A stretch of DNA of 64,000 nucleotides from a virus. The first letter of the stretch is position 1; every line of letters begins with the position of its first letter. Location of the stretch: positions 69,697 to 133,696 of the IMG/VR virus record IMGVR_UViG_3300037423_000411, one strand, 5' to 3'. The notes beneath the pieces are model-generated. The model saw nothing but the letters and a program-made list of their open reading frames with translations. It did not search any database and had not been told where the DNA came from. Below are positions 44,996-55,139 of this stretch, piece by piece. Made by a program: the position numbers and the translations under genes.

Positions 44996-45715
44996 TTAGA
45001 AACTCAGCGCATCGTGGATCACGTCGTAGTGCCCACCAAGCTCGGTCGCCAGTGCCTGAAGCTCTGCGGTAGACAAACCATCGGTGTCATCCGCATACCG
45101 AATCGTGTTGCCCTTGAGAATTCCGGAAAGCACGATGTTCCCGGACTTGTCGCTCAGCGACACGTCAACGCCCTTGCGCAGAATGCCTACCGGAGACGTG
45201 TCACCCGAACCACCGGTCGTGGTGTTGACCGTGACCGTGCCGCCCGTCAGACCAGTCGGCGTAACTGTGATCTGAGCAACGTTGGTGTTCGCGTACTGCC
45301 CGCCGAACGTAAGCGTGATCGTGCCAGGCAACGGGCCACCCGTCACCACGACATCACCAGGGTTGACGTTCGACAGTGCGATGAGAGCCGTCTGAACCGT
45401 CGCAGCCGACGCGTTGAAGGCAATCGCTCCAGTCGTCTGACCGGCAAACGTGATGGTGATCGTGCCAGCAGTCGCCGCTCCGAGGTTCAGCGTCTGCACC
45501 TCAGAAGCACCCTTGATAGCTGCGGTGTACTTCTTCGGCGTCGCCGAAACCTTCAGTACGGTTCCGGTCGGGTAGTACGTGTTCGCCGTCTGCAGGAGAG
45601 TGACACCCTTCTGCGTGAACTTGGCGTACGAGTACAGGATCTCGGTGTTGTCAATGATGGGCTTCGACCCCAGGCCTGGCGTCTGGAGAACGTTGCCGGT
45701 GGCATCAGTTGCCAT
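44996..45715 (-). CDS. Head decoration protein paralog with ~100-aa inserted domain
   Basis: Collinear with 45790..46212, plus insert SEVQTL...GTITITF.GQTT.AIAFNASAATVQTAL. Confidence 0.75.
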   Translation of the reverse strand: MATDATGNVLQTPGLGSKPIIDNTEILYSYAKFTQKGVTLLQTANTYYPTGTVLKVSATPKKYTAAIKGASEVQTLNLGAATAGTITITFAGQTTGAIAFNASAATVQTALIALSNVNPGDVVVTGGPLPGTITLTFGGQYANTNVAQITVTPTGLTGGTVTVNTTTGGSGDTSPVGILRKGVDVSLSDKSGNIVLSGILKGNTIRYADDTDGLSTAELQALATELGGHYDVIHDALSF

Positions 45716-45739
45716 GATCTACTCCTAGGCAGGCCTGAA

Positions 45740-45778
45740 GCGGACGTGCTGAGGGATGAGAGCGCCCAGCACGTCCGC
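45740..45778 (-). terminator. Hairpin between the two decoration genes
   Basis: 12-bp stem GCGGACGTGCTG/CAGCACGTCCGC with no clear U tract. Confidence 0.45.
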
Positions 45779-45789
45779 CTCAACGAAAA

Positions 45790-46212
45790 TCAGAAGCTGA
45801 TGAAGTCGAAGATCGTGTTGTAGTGACCACCCAGGGCCGTAGCCAGAGTGACCAGCTCAGCAGAACTCAGACCGTCCGTGTCGTCGGTGTACTTGATCTT
45901 GGCACCCTTGACGAGCCCCGAGATCACCACGTTGCCGAGCTTGTCGACACCAGTCGTGTCTACGTCCTTGCGTAGGATGCCCGCGATGTTCGCCGGGGTA
46001 CCTACATCGGCCTTCGCCGCACCCGTGTACTTCTTCGGCGTCGCAGAGACCTTGAGCACCGTGCCGGTGAGCAGGACTCCGCTGTCCTTCAGAAGGGTCA
46101 GACCCTTCTGAGAAAACTTCGCGTAGGAGTACAGGATCTCGTCATCGGTGGTCGGACCCTTGCCGCCAGTGCCGGGAACGTTGAGAACATTGCCGGTGGC
46201 ATCAGTCGCCAT
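45790..46212 (-). CDS. Head decoration protein
   Basis: Between scaffold and MCP; GLTL...GTVL...GIL..DVD pattern of lambda-D-like proteins. Confidence 0.75.
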   Translation of the reverse strand: MATDATGNVLNVPGTGGKGPTTDDEILYSYAKFSQKGLTLLKDSGVLLTGTVLKVSATPKKYTGAAKADVGTPANIAGILRKDVDTTGVDKLGNVVISGLVKGAKIKYTDDTDGLSSAELVTLATALGGHYNTIFDFISF

Positions 46213-46234
46213 TGTCTACCCCTCAACCTTCCCG

Positions 46235-47341
46235 TTACTTCGTGTCGTTGGCGAGCGCGACCAGCCGGTCGATCTCGGCCTTGGTCTCCTCGAACTTCTG
46301 GTTGCCCGGCTCCTCGTGGTACGTGACACCGTCAGCAGACAGCGACACGAGAGGAGTCTCCGGAACCAGAGCGTCGAAGGTCTCACGGTCGGCACGAGAG
46401 AGCTTGATCATGGCATCGCGCTGCTTCGGCAGGATGCGGCCCTCACCGATGAGCTTGTCGATCTCGGCTTCAGCCTTCTCCTGCGCGTTGGTCTCGGCCT
46501 GCGCACGCAGAGTCGCAACCTCGCCCGCAAGCTCAACCTTCTCCTGCGAGAGTTCGATGACGGCATTGGCGACGTCCTGAACCGTGACGACCTCTTCGTC
46601 GGTGCCAGGGTCGGACGAAGCGCCAGCCTCCTTGAGCACGTTCGAAAGAGCCGTCACCAGCTCCTCGTTCTTGCTCTCAGCCGCCGCCTGCAGAGCCGAC
46701 ACGTCAATGTTGTGCTCGTCCTTCAGCTTGGCCAGAAGCTGGTCAAGGTCCATATCGTCCTCCGGATCTTCATCTGCCGGGGAAAGGACCTCCGGCCGGT
46801 CTACTTCCAGAGAATCGGCAGAGGCCGCAACGATCTCTTCGTAATCATCCAGGTTGGTGATATACGGACGATTGGTCACAGCGACATGCAGAAGCGTCGG
46901 ACCGACCTTCTTACCGGTCTGCGTGTCCTCGTAGTTCATGTGCATGAGGGCAGACGCACCGATGAGGGTCTTTCCGAGCTTGTCAGCGTGCTCTTCGTTG
47001 CGCGCGTCGATGACGGCGTAGACACCCTTGTCGTCGTACTCCAGGTCGACAACCTGGCCGACGTTGCGAAGCGGGTCTTCCGTGTGATGGTTCGCGCCGT
47101 CAACGATCGGGACCTGCACAATGTCGCAGTATCCCTTGTTGAAGTTGTTCACCAAGGACTTCGCCAAGGCCTCATCGACCTTGATCTTCTGTCCCTTCGC
47201 ATTCGGGTGCGTGAAGGACGAAGACATGTGCAAGATCTGCTTGCGGAAGAGCCGACCCCGTGAAGTCTTGGCCAGCTCCACAAATCCGGCGTCGTCCCCG
47301 GTGGAAGGGAGGAGTACCGATCCCAGAGTCGTATCGTTCAT
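46235..47341 (-). CDS. Prohead protease/scaffold (Mu gpI-like)
   Basis: H.EDP...GQV, SA, GPTLLHVAVTNRPYI..L, coiled-coil C-terminus with EGRILPKQR. Confidence 0.8.
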   Translation of the reverse strand: MNDTTLGSVLLPSTGDDAGFVELAKTSRGRLFRKQILHMSSSFTHPNAKGQKIKVDEALAKSLVNNFNKGYCDIVQVPIVDGANHHTEDPLRNVGQVVDLEYDDKGVYAVIDARNEEHADKLGKTLIGASALMHMNYEDTQTGKKVGPTLLHVAVTNRPYITNLDDYEEIVAASADSLEVDRPEVLSPADEDPEDDMDLDQLLAKLKDEHNIDVSALQAAAESKNEELVTALSNVLKEAGASSDPGTDEEVVTVQDVANAVIELSQEKVELAGEVATLRAQAETNAQEKAEAEIDKLIGEGRILPKQRDAMIKLSRADRETFDALVPETPLVSLSADGVTYHEEPGNQKFEETKAEIDRLVALANDTK

Positions 47342-47372
47342 GCCCTGAGGATCGGCTACTCCTGGCGAGCTG

Positions 47373-47660
47373 CTACGCGACCTGCTTGGTCAGCTTCTGC
47401 GTCAGCTGCAGATAGGCCTGTGGCGTCATGGAAGACTCCACGGACTCCCACCCCGAGATGACCGGTGGAATCTGCTCTAAGGCGTCAAAGAATTGGTCCC
47501 AGGTGGCCTTGGGGTACTTCAGGGCCATGACATGTGAGGCGTGAGCCTGCTCGGCCTGTGCATCGGACAGGTAAACCGACTCCGCTTCACCGTCCTTGTT
47601 CTCCCACCAGACACCGATCGGGGGCTGAGCAGGGTCCGTAAAGTGCTGGAGGAGCCTCAT
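47373..47660 (-). CDS. Hypothetical protein
   Basis: ATGA overlap; AAGGAGG SD. Confidence 0.65.
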   Translation of the reverse strand: MRLLQHFTDPAQPPIGVWWENKDGEAESVYLSDAQAEQAHASHVMALKYPKATWDQFFDALEQIPPVISGWESVESSMTPQAYLQLTQKLTKQVA

Positions 47661-47992
47661 CCTTGAGCCTCCTTGAGTGCCTTCTCCAGACCCTTCGGGA
47701 GGTTGGAGGACAGAAGGTAGTCCTTCTGCTTCGAAGTCGTCTCTGCCAAGTACGTGCCAGGACTGACCTCGTTCAGCGACTTGATCGTGAAAGTGACGTC
47801 CTTGGGGAACTCGTAGATGAACCCGCGTACGACCGCACTGCCGTCCTCGTTCTCTTCCAGAACGGTCAGCTTCGGGACATGGAACGACACCGACTCGTCA
47901 CCGTCCTGATCCACGCCTTCCGGCACGTCATCAATCTGCACAATCTTCACCCCTGACGGGAAGAGGCCATCCAGCTTCTCTTGCCAACTCAT
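47657..47992 (-). CDS. Hypothetical acidic protein
   Basis: ATGA overlap with the giant gene. Confidence 0.65.
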   Translation of the reverse strand: MSWQEKLDGLFPSGVKIVQIDDVPEGVDQDGDESVSFHVPKLTVLEENEDGSAVVRGFIYEFPKDVTFTIKSLNEVSPGTYLAETTSKQKDYLLSSNLPKGLEKALKEAQG

Positions 47993-50900
47993 TCCTTGGC
48001 CTCCTTGAGTGCCTGTGCCCAGACCTTCTTGATGGTCTGGGACGCCTTCTGCGATGTCGTGACCAGGACGTCCTCAATCGGGAGTCCGTGAATCTCGGTG
48101 ATGCCGAGTTCCTTGTACCGCTTGATCACCTTGTTCCGCTCTTCGCTGGTCGGGAAGACCACGACCGCGATGTCATCCAGGAACGACAGTCCATGCTTGA
48201 TCAGCAACTCGTTGTTGCTCTCATCAGGAGTCAGCATCTCTTCCGGAGAGAACTTCGAGTAGTTCGGGCGGTCGACCAACCGCCCGTAGTGGTCGCCCTC
48301 GAACGAGTAGTTGCTCGTCCGCAAGGCCACCTTGGGGTGGTAGTACACCTGTCCGTGAGCCGAACTCAGGTTCTGCCGAGTGAAGACGAACCCGCCTGAG
48401 CCTTCATTCTGATCGGCCGAAGACGACATACCGGTGATCCACTGACCAAGTACGCGAATGCGCTCCTCAGTCGCCAGCATGCCACCCGACAAGACGATGT
48501 TCGCCATGTTGTAGTGGTCGCCCACCGAGGACAGCGCAAGCTTGCTACCCCAGTGCTCATGCACGTCTGCGATCGAGATGTCAGGACGGTTCCAGTACGG
48601 GTGCCCGGCCGTGAACTCCGGGTTGTCCTTCGTCACGTGCGGGTTGAAGCGGCTGAACTTCGGCGCCCAGTCGGCTGCCTCTACCTTGTCGGCACCGATC
48701 GCCTCTGACCAAGCGGCCTTGAGTGCAGCCAGCTCATCGGCAGGCGACAGGTTCTTCTTCGATGCGGCCATCAAAGAGGCGCTGACCTTCCCCCACTTCG
48801 AGGAATTCCGGTCGGCCCGGTCCTGCAGGATGTTGTACAGGTGCCGCCAGTAGAACAGCTGCAGAGACTCTTCGGTCGCCTCATCGAGGTTCAGCCCGAC
48901 CGTCCGCAGCGTGTCCAGCACATCCTCGACCTGCTGCGTCGAGCCGTTCCAGTCCTTCACCTTGAATCGGAGCAGACCCTGCTGAGACTTGGCCACGCCA
49001 GGCTCGGTCCACGGCCGGTACTGCACCAAGACGTTGCCGTACTCAATGTCGTACTGATAGCCGGTCTGTCCGGCCGTGTCGTACTCGCCACCGAGCTTCC
49101 CCTTAACGCTCAGCTCCCCAGTCTGGTAGTCAAAGGTGCCGTGCGAGGCATACGACTTACGCTTGTAAACCTTGAAGGTCTTAGATCCGACGTGCACTTC
49201 GGCTTGCTGATCAACCTCAGGACCCTCGAACGACCACAGCTGCGGTGCATCCTGAATCGTCTTCTGCATCTCGTCGTCGGTGAGCTTGCCTGTGGCATTG
49301 CTAGTACCGGCCTTAACAACCCAGTGATCGCTACCAGGCTTCTTCGTCCACGTGACGGTGGTCTTGCCCTTCTTGTACGTCCAGACTTCGTCGCCCGAGC
49401 CGGACGACTTGCTGTCAGGAGCAACGACCTTCCAACCGCCCGCTTCGACCTTCTCCTTGTACGCGTTCGGAGTGATCTTCAGTGTGAGGCCTTCGGCATG
49501 CAGGATGTAGTTCAAGTCATCCCAGACATCGATGATCGAGCCATCGGTGTGAACAAGCGTCAACGCCTTCTTCGGAGTACCTGAAGTATTCAGCCCGTCC
49601 GAAGGCGTGTAGCTGACCTGCGCGACATGAGGCTCAACCTTGGTGCCCTCCTCCTTGGCCTTGAAGATCCGGTCGGCGTCCTCGATGTACCGCTCCAGCA
49701 GCGCCTTCCAGGCAGCCTGCTGCTCGGCCGTCACAACCTCGTACAGCGAGTTCTTAAATGGCTTCTCGGGGTTCTTCTGCTCCCAGTCGTTCAGCTCCTT
49801 CAGGGTGCTCTTCATGTTGTCCTGAACAACCTTCAGGTTCTGCAAGGTGGACTGGTTGTACTCCTTGTCGTTGACGTGGTGGTTCACCGTCTTCGCCGCA
49901 GTCACCAGGTTGGAGTACCACGTCGCATTGTTCGGCAGATCCTCGTAGTTCAAGGAGGGCTCGAAGTCCGTGGAGTAACTCGACTCAGAGACGTCCGTCT
50001 CGTTCTCCACCAGCTGACTCTTCAGCCACGCTGTGAGCACCTTGTCGGCGTCCTGACGGACAACACCCTGACCGGCAAGCTCAGTACCTGAAGCCGTCTT
50101 CTCGGTGTAGACGATGAGGTGCGCGTCCTCCAGGTCCTTCGTGTCGAACATGAGGGCCTTGCCGTGAACACCGGCCATGCTGACGTCCTGCACGAACTGG
50201 TCGGAAACCTGCGTGTGCGTGTGAGAGTCGATCTGAGTCTTGGTGAAATCCTCAGTGTTGAATTCCCACTTGAACCCGCCCGCCTTGTACAGGTCCTGGT
50301 AGAACGCCTCGAAGTCGTCAAGAAGACTGGCCTTACGGCTCATCACACCCTTGACCAGAGCGTTCTTCGAGCCGAAGCCGGACGGCAGGTTCTCCCGGTG
50401 CTCGAACGCCTCTACCAGGAGGTCATGAACCTCTTGGTCACGCGTGCTCGACACCTTGTGCGCGTACGAGAGCACGCGCCGCGTCACCTTGTCGAGACGG
50501 GCCTTGTCGACCGAGCCGTTCTGAACCGCGTAATAGAACTGGTCGTACCAGACCGCAACCGGGTTGGACGGCGGCAGGTACCCGACCTCCAGCTTGTCCT
50601 CGCCGAAGAACCGCCACGCCTGACCCTTGTCGATCGGGATGATGTCCTTGCCGTTGGGGTCCAGAAGCAGGTTCATCGGATGCGAGTCGTGGTTCGAGTT
50701 CAGCCAGTCAAGAACGTGCTCAGACATCGCCTGCGACAACTGCTCATCGGACAACGCCTGCGGGCTGATACCGGACAGGTCACCCTTCGCTGGCTTCAGG
50801 TGCTGGACGTAGGAGTACGCGTTGTCTAGCGTCATCTTGCGCGTCTCGGGGCTGTGCGATCCGAACAGACGGCCGATCGTCATCGCAACGTGCTCGGCGT

Positions 50901-53900
50901 CAACACGGGCCTTGGCGTTCGGGTCACTCTTGAACGCCTTGCTCATCCACTCGTTGCCTGCCTGGTCGATCCAGACCTGCTTCGTGTGCATGCCACCGAG
51001 CGACTTGCTCGACTTCGTGAGGCTCAGTGTCTCCGGGAGACCAGCACTGACCGAAGTACCGGTAGACAGCTCTTCTGGCGTCAGAATGCCGAGCAGAGCC
51101 GTGTGAAGCGACTCCAGGTCCTTCTTCGACCAGAAATTGTTGGTCGGGACAACATCCAAGGCCTTGCCGAGATCACTGGACCAGGACTCGTCCCACAGGT
51201 TCCACATGTCATCGGGCGAGAACTTGCCCTTCATGATCATGGGGTAGTAGTTCGCCGAAGGATCAAGGACCTGCGCTGCTTGCAGATTGACGTAGTGACC
51301 GTTCTTGAGTTTCCACTCGATCAGGTCAGGGACGCTCGTGTACTTCTCCGTCAGCGCCCAGGCAGCCATTAGCCGGACAGACGGCGGAAGCTTGTCCGCG
51401 TTGGCCTTCATGTACGGAGGGGCAGCTGGGTGGTTCTTGATGATGCTGATCAGCTCTTGCGGAGTCTGGACCTCGTAGGAGAACCCAGGGAACTTGACCG
51501 CGCTGGCGGGCTTGTTCTCGATCTCCTCAATCGACTTCCAGTCGAAGGAGGTCGCTTTCACCTTGTCCTTGACCGCGTCCTCGTACTTCAGGACACCCGG
51601 CGCCTGCAGGAGCTTCTTCAGGTTCTTGACGTCACCGAACTGATCCGGCGACAACGGCGTGACATGCGAGCTTTTGCTCGACACCGAGATCGTGAAGCCT
51701 GATTCCTCGCCCGGACCGAGGACGTAGAAGGACTTTCCGATGGAAGCCTGATACACCGTCGAACCCGGCTTCAGAGGATGCTTGGCACCCGACGCGTCCT
51801 CCAGTACCAAATACGACGGAGGCGCCCACACACCCTGCGCAGCGCGAGCCTGAATCGCCTTCAGGACCTCGAACTTGGCCTGCTGAAGGGCCGGGGTCTT
51901 GACGTCACCATAGGCCGGGGCGGACCAGGCAGCGAGATGAGCCACCAACGGAGGAATGTCAAGGTTCGGCGTGAGACCGATCGGGGCAGCCTTCTCAGGG
52001 ACCTTGAGCTTGTTGATCTCCGGGAGACCTGCCTCAGCCGCAAGGACAAGATCCCAAGCAGACTGCTGCACTCCCGAAGGCGGCGTATGCAGATCTGGCT
52101 GCACCGGTAGCTCAGACTTCTCAGGAGCTTGCAGAACCTCAGGAGCCGAAACGCTGGACTTCGGCAACCGACCACGCGACTCCAGCCACCACGCCAAGGC
52201 TTCCCGACGCTTGACGGCCGTACTGCCGTCCGCACCGTAGACCGTGCCCAACCCCAAGAGCATGAACGCCGTCTTGACATCGGAGACACTCAGGTCCTGA
52301 ACCGCGAGATCCCACTCCGGGCTGTCCTTGCCCAGCTGTTCCAGCAACGTTGGAGTCTTCTGGAACCAGGGCTGCGACGCCAGGAAATCGGCGGTCACTT
52401 GCCGTGCTGCCTTGCCGTTCGCCGTACCCCACGAACCAGGGTGCGAGTTCTCCCATTTGTGCACACCGTAGGTGTGGTTGGCGAGAGACCATTCGAGCTG
52501 CCACTTCGCGACTTCGTCACCAGCGAGCTGGAACTTGATCCAGTCCTGCTTGTGCGACGCCTTCATCAGCGCGACGTAGTTGCCGCCGTTCTGCTTGATG
52601 TAAGTGTTCAGCGTCTTCTTGTCGGCGTCAGCCAGCGACGTTCCGTGCAACTCCTCCCAGGCCTTCAGCTTGCCCGTGAAGAGCTTCTTGCCGCCGATCG
52701 TACCGATGGAGTTGGGCTTCCAACTGGAATCGGCGTGCAGCTTGTCCATGACGGCCTGCGTCGTCAGGGTGTCAACGACCTTCGAGCCGTCGTACAGATC
52801 CCAGGAGTCAGGTGACGTGTTCCAGAGCGCCTGCTTGCCGTCGCTGTAAACCGCCGCGAGGTTCTTGATATCAGCCTGAAACGACTTCTGCTGTGCCGTG
52901 ACAGCTTTCTCGGCAGGAGTCGGCTTCGGTACCTCCTCGGTCTTCAGCGACTTCTTGAGGTACATCTGAGCCTGCGACTTCAGCACCTCGAACGTCGCCA
53001 GAGACTCCAACGTCTCAGCTGTCTGCGCAGGGTTCAGAACCGAAGGCGAGTTCAAGTGTGCCTTGATCCACTGCGTCGACTGCTCGTCGTTCAGAGCGCC
53101 AGCGGCAGTAAAGCCCTGCGCAACCATGTACTGGTGCTTCTGCGATAGCTGAGCAGTCGTCAGATCGAACCCGAGAGAAGCACTCAACGCACGCTCGAAC
53201 CGCCACGACGCCATCGCAGCGTCAAGGTGCTCGGCAAGAGACTGATTCGCAGGGAATCCGTACGGCACATTCGGCGCCGCGAGGAAGCCTCGAATAATGG
53301 CGTAGTGACGCTCTACCAGATCGTCATCAGTCGAACCCTCTTGCAAAAGGGCCGCCAGCTGCTGAGCATGCTGCAGATTTTCGAGCGCCTCACGTGTCTG
53401 CTTGATCTTCAGCGAAGGCGCTACGTCCGAGAATTCGTCAATCGTCGCCCGCATGTTCGCCACACGCTTCAGGGCTACAGGCGACGCGAGTCCTGCCATG
53501 ACACTGCTCGGAGTGGACTCCAAGTACCAGGTGCCGTAGCTTCCCGGCGTCATGTTCATGTCAAAGCCCAGGAGCTTTACGCCCTGCACGACATATTGGT
53601 TCAGCTCATCCGTGCTCAGCTCGGAGCTGAAAGACTTGCCCTTCTGCAGTTCCGGGGCCTCCAGCGGAACGCTTTCGACCTTCACCCAGTGAGAGTGCTG
53701 GTCGTAGTAGTCCACGGAGTTCACCGAGGTGTGCTTGCCGTTCTTGAGGTAGTAGGTACCAACACCAGAGTCGCCAGCGAGCACAACCACGTCCGAGAGA
53801 CCGTTGCCGTGATCCCAGGCGTAGACCAAATCACCGGGGTGAAGGTGAATCTTCCCTGAGCCATCGGGATTCGGTACAGCGCCCCACAGACCGTCTGACG

Positions 53901-55071
53901 GACCGTGAGAGACCGTCAGGGAAGACTTGACCTCTGTCTTATCGCCCCAGATCTGCTTGTACTTAGGGCTGTTCTTCTCCCACCACGACTGGCTGAAGAT
54001 GTGAAACGAAGCCTTACTACCGCTCCAGAGAGCAACTTCGCCGAACTTGTCCACCTTGACAAACAGAGGAGGATACGAGGCGCTGGTGTAGATCTTGTCG
54101 CCTTCGACGGGAGTGTACTGACCGCCCGTAAGATCCAGAGTCTCCTCGGTCTTGGCAGGAACCTCGATGCCAAGAAGCTCCTTCTCCCACGGAGCCAGGT
54201 CAGAAGCGTCGAGCTTGCCCTTGTTCTCTGCCTCCTGCTTCTTGAGCGCGTCGATCGCTTCTTGCTCAAGCGTCTTCTTCGCCTCAGCAGATGCAGCAGC
54301 GGAGGTCTTCGACGGAGGCCAGATCTGGTTGTAGTTCTTCAGCGTCCAGACCTTGGTCGAAGGATTCGACTTCAGCTTCTGACCGTGCTTGTTGAAGAAG
54401 AAACCTGACTGCCCGTCCTCGTTGGCGAGGATGAACGAGTTCGGGGAGGTCTTGTGCTGGTACAGCTTCTGACCCGGCTCCAGCTTCTCCGTCACACCCG
54501 ACACAGGATGCTGAAACGTCGGAGCACCGTGGTTCAGAACCATGGTGATATCCGGATGCGAGGACGGAACCTCAGGCGTCTTCGGGTTCTCGTCCACCAG
54601 TGTGTTGAGCTTGGGGTTCTGGATCTCTTTCAGCGCTGAATTGGTCGGCTTGGTCGTCGTACCGGCCATCGCGTACGACAGGGAACCGTCAGTGTGCTCG
54701 ATGACATGCGAACCGGCTGGGATCTTGTGCAACTTCTCGCCCGGCGCCAACTGCACCTCATGCGTCTTACCGGCGATGTCAACGAACTTCGCGACCTTGA
54801 AGACACCCTTGGTGAACGTCCCGGCGTGCTTCTCGGTGAACTTGCCCTCGTTGTCCTTGGGGTGGTCCAGCGGGTCCCAGTCGGGGTTCTTCTTGCCCTT
54901 GAGCGGGCTGGACTGAGCCAGCGCGACAGCTTTGGCGACCTGCTGCATGTGCGGGTACTTCACTTCGAAAGCTTGCACCAGCGCCTTAGCCTGAGCCAGC
55001 TGCTCTTGCTTGGCGAGCTTCTGCTTCAGCGCTTCGACGGCATCACCGTAGGCGTCAGACACCCCTGTCAC
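47989..55071 (-). CDS. 2360-aa multidomain head-module protein with HipA/PI3K-like kinase domain and putative C-terminal ART-like domain
   Basis: N-terminal DWDPLDHPKDNEGKF; kinase LGG...WMSK...AE...LDWLNSNHDSHPMNLL...IPIDKG; C-terminal NIVLSGGMLATEER...GFVFTR...NNELL. Confidence 0.75.
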   Translation of the reverse strand: MTGVSDAYGDAVEALKQKLAKQEQLAQAKALVQAFEVKYPHMQQVAKAVALAQSSPLKGKKNPDWDPLDHPKDNEGKFTEKHAGTFTKGVFKVAKFVDIAGKTHEVQLAPGEKLHKIPAGSHVIEHTDGSLSYAMAGTTTKPTNSALKEIQNPKLNTLVDENPKTPEVPSSHPDITMVLNHGAPTFQHPVSGVTEKLEPGQKLYQHKTSPNSFILANEDGQSGFFFNKHGQKLKSNPSTKVWTLKNYNQIWPPSKTSAAASAEAKKTLEQEAIDALKKQEAENKGKLDASDLAPWEKELLGIEVPAKTEETLDLTGGQYTPVEGDKIYTSASYPPLFVKVDKFGEVALWSGSKASFHIFSQSWWEKNSPKYKQIWGDKTEVKSSLTVSHGPSDGLWGAVPNPDGSGKIHLHPGDLVYAWDHGNGLSDVVVLAGDSGVGTYYLKNGKHTSVNSVDYYDQHSHWVKVESVPLEAPELQKGKSFSSELSTDELNQYVVQGVKLLGFDMNMTPGSYGTWYLESTPSSVMAGLASPVALKRVANMRATIDEFSDVAPSLKIKQTREALENLQHAQQLAALLQEGSTDDDLVERHYAIIRGFLAAPNVPYGFPANQSLAEHLDAAMASWRFERALSASLGFDLTTAQLSQKHQYMVAQGFTAAGALNDEQSTQWIKAHLNSPSVLNPAQTAETLESLATFEVLKSQAQMYLKKSLKTEEVPKPTPAEKAVTAQQKSFQADIKNLAAVYSDGKQALWNTSPDSWDLYDGSKVVDTLTTQAVMDKLHADSSWKPNSIGTIGGKKLFTGKLKAWEELHGTSLADADKKTLNTYIKQNGGNYVALMKASHKQDWIKFQLAGDEVAKWQLEWSLANHTYGVHKWENSHPGSWGTANGKAARQVTADFLASQPWFQKTPTLLEQLGKDSPEWDLAVQDLSVSDVKTAFMLLGLGTVYGADGSTAVKRREALAWWLESRGRLPKSSVSAPEVLQAPEKSELPVQPDLHTPPSGVQQSAWDLVLAAEAGLPEINKLKVPEKAAPIGLTPNLDIPPLVAHLAAWSAPAYGDVKTPALQQAKFEVLKAIQARAAQGVWAPPSYLVLEDASGAKHPLKPGSTVYQASIGKSFYVLGPGEESGFTISVSSKSSHVTPLSPDQFGDVKNLKKLLQAPGVLKYEDAVKDKVKATSFDWKSIEEIENKPASAVKFPGFSYEVQTPQELISIIKNHPAAPPYMKANADKLPPSVRLMAAWALTEKYTSVPDLIEWKLKNGHYVNLQAAQVLDPSANYYPMIMKGKFSPDDMWNLWDESWSSDLGKALDVVPTNNFWSKKDLESLHTALLGILTPEELSTGTSVSAGLPETLSLTKSSKSLGGMHTKQVWIDQAGNEWMSKAFKSDPNAKARVDAEHVAMTIGRLFGSHSPETRKMTLDNAYSYVQHLKPAKGDLSGISPQALSDEQLSQAMSEHVLDWLNSNHDSHPMNLLLDPNGKDIIPIDKGQAWRFFGEDKLEVGYLPPSNPVAVWYDQFYYAVQNGSVDKARLDKVTRRVLSYAHKVSSTRDQEVHDLLVEAFEHRENLPSGFGSKNALVKGVMSRKASLLDDFEAFYQDLYKAGGFKWEFNTEDFTKTQIDSHTHTQVSDQFVQDVSMAGVHGKALMFDTKDLEDAHLIVYTEKTASGTELAGQGVVRQDADKVLTAWLKSQLVENETDVSESSYSTDFEPSLNYEDLPNNATWYSNLVTAAKTVNHHVNDKEYNQSTLQNLKVVQDNMKSTLKELNDWEQKNPEKPFKNSLYEVVTAEQQAAWKALLERYIEDADRIFKAKEEGTKVEPHVAQVSYTPSDGLNTSGTPKKALTLVHTDGSIIDVWDDLNYILHAEGLTLKITPNAYKEKVEAGGWKVVAPDSKSSGSGDEVWTYKKGKTTVTWTKKPGSDHWVVKAGTSNATGKLTDDEMQKTIQDAPQLWSFEGPEVDQQAEVHVGSKTFKVYKRKSYASHGTFDYQTGELSVKGKLGGEYDTAGQTGYQYDIEYGNVLVQYRPWTEPGVAKSQQGLLRFKVKDWNGSTQQVEDVLDTLRTVGLNLDEATEESLQLFYWRHLYNILQDRADRNSSKWGKVSASLMAASKKNLSPADELAALKAAWSEAIGADKVEAADWAPKFSRFNPHVTKDNPEFTAGHPYWNRPDISIADVHEHWGSKLALSSVGDHYNMANIVLSGGMLATEERIRVLGQWITGMSSSADQNEGSGGFVFTRQNLSSAHGQVYYHPKVALRTSNYSFEGDHYGRLVDRPNYSKFSPEEMLTPDESNNELLIKHGLSFLDDIAVVVFPTSEERNKVIKRYKELGITEIHGLPIEDVLVTTSQKASQTIKKVWAQALKEAKE

Positions 55072-55096
55072 CCTCCTCTTCTCTGCCTCTACGGCG

Positions 55097-55127
55097 ACCC
55101 TACCTCAGGAGGGTGTCAGTTGTCACC
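55097..55127 (-). promoter_or_regulatory. Promoter with operator upstream of the giant gene
   Basis: GTGACA-18-TAGGGT; GGTGTC-AGTT-GTCACC at 55112-55127. Confidence 0.5.
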
Positions 55128-55139
55128 CTGCACGGGGTG

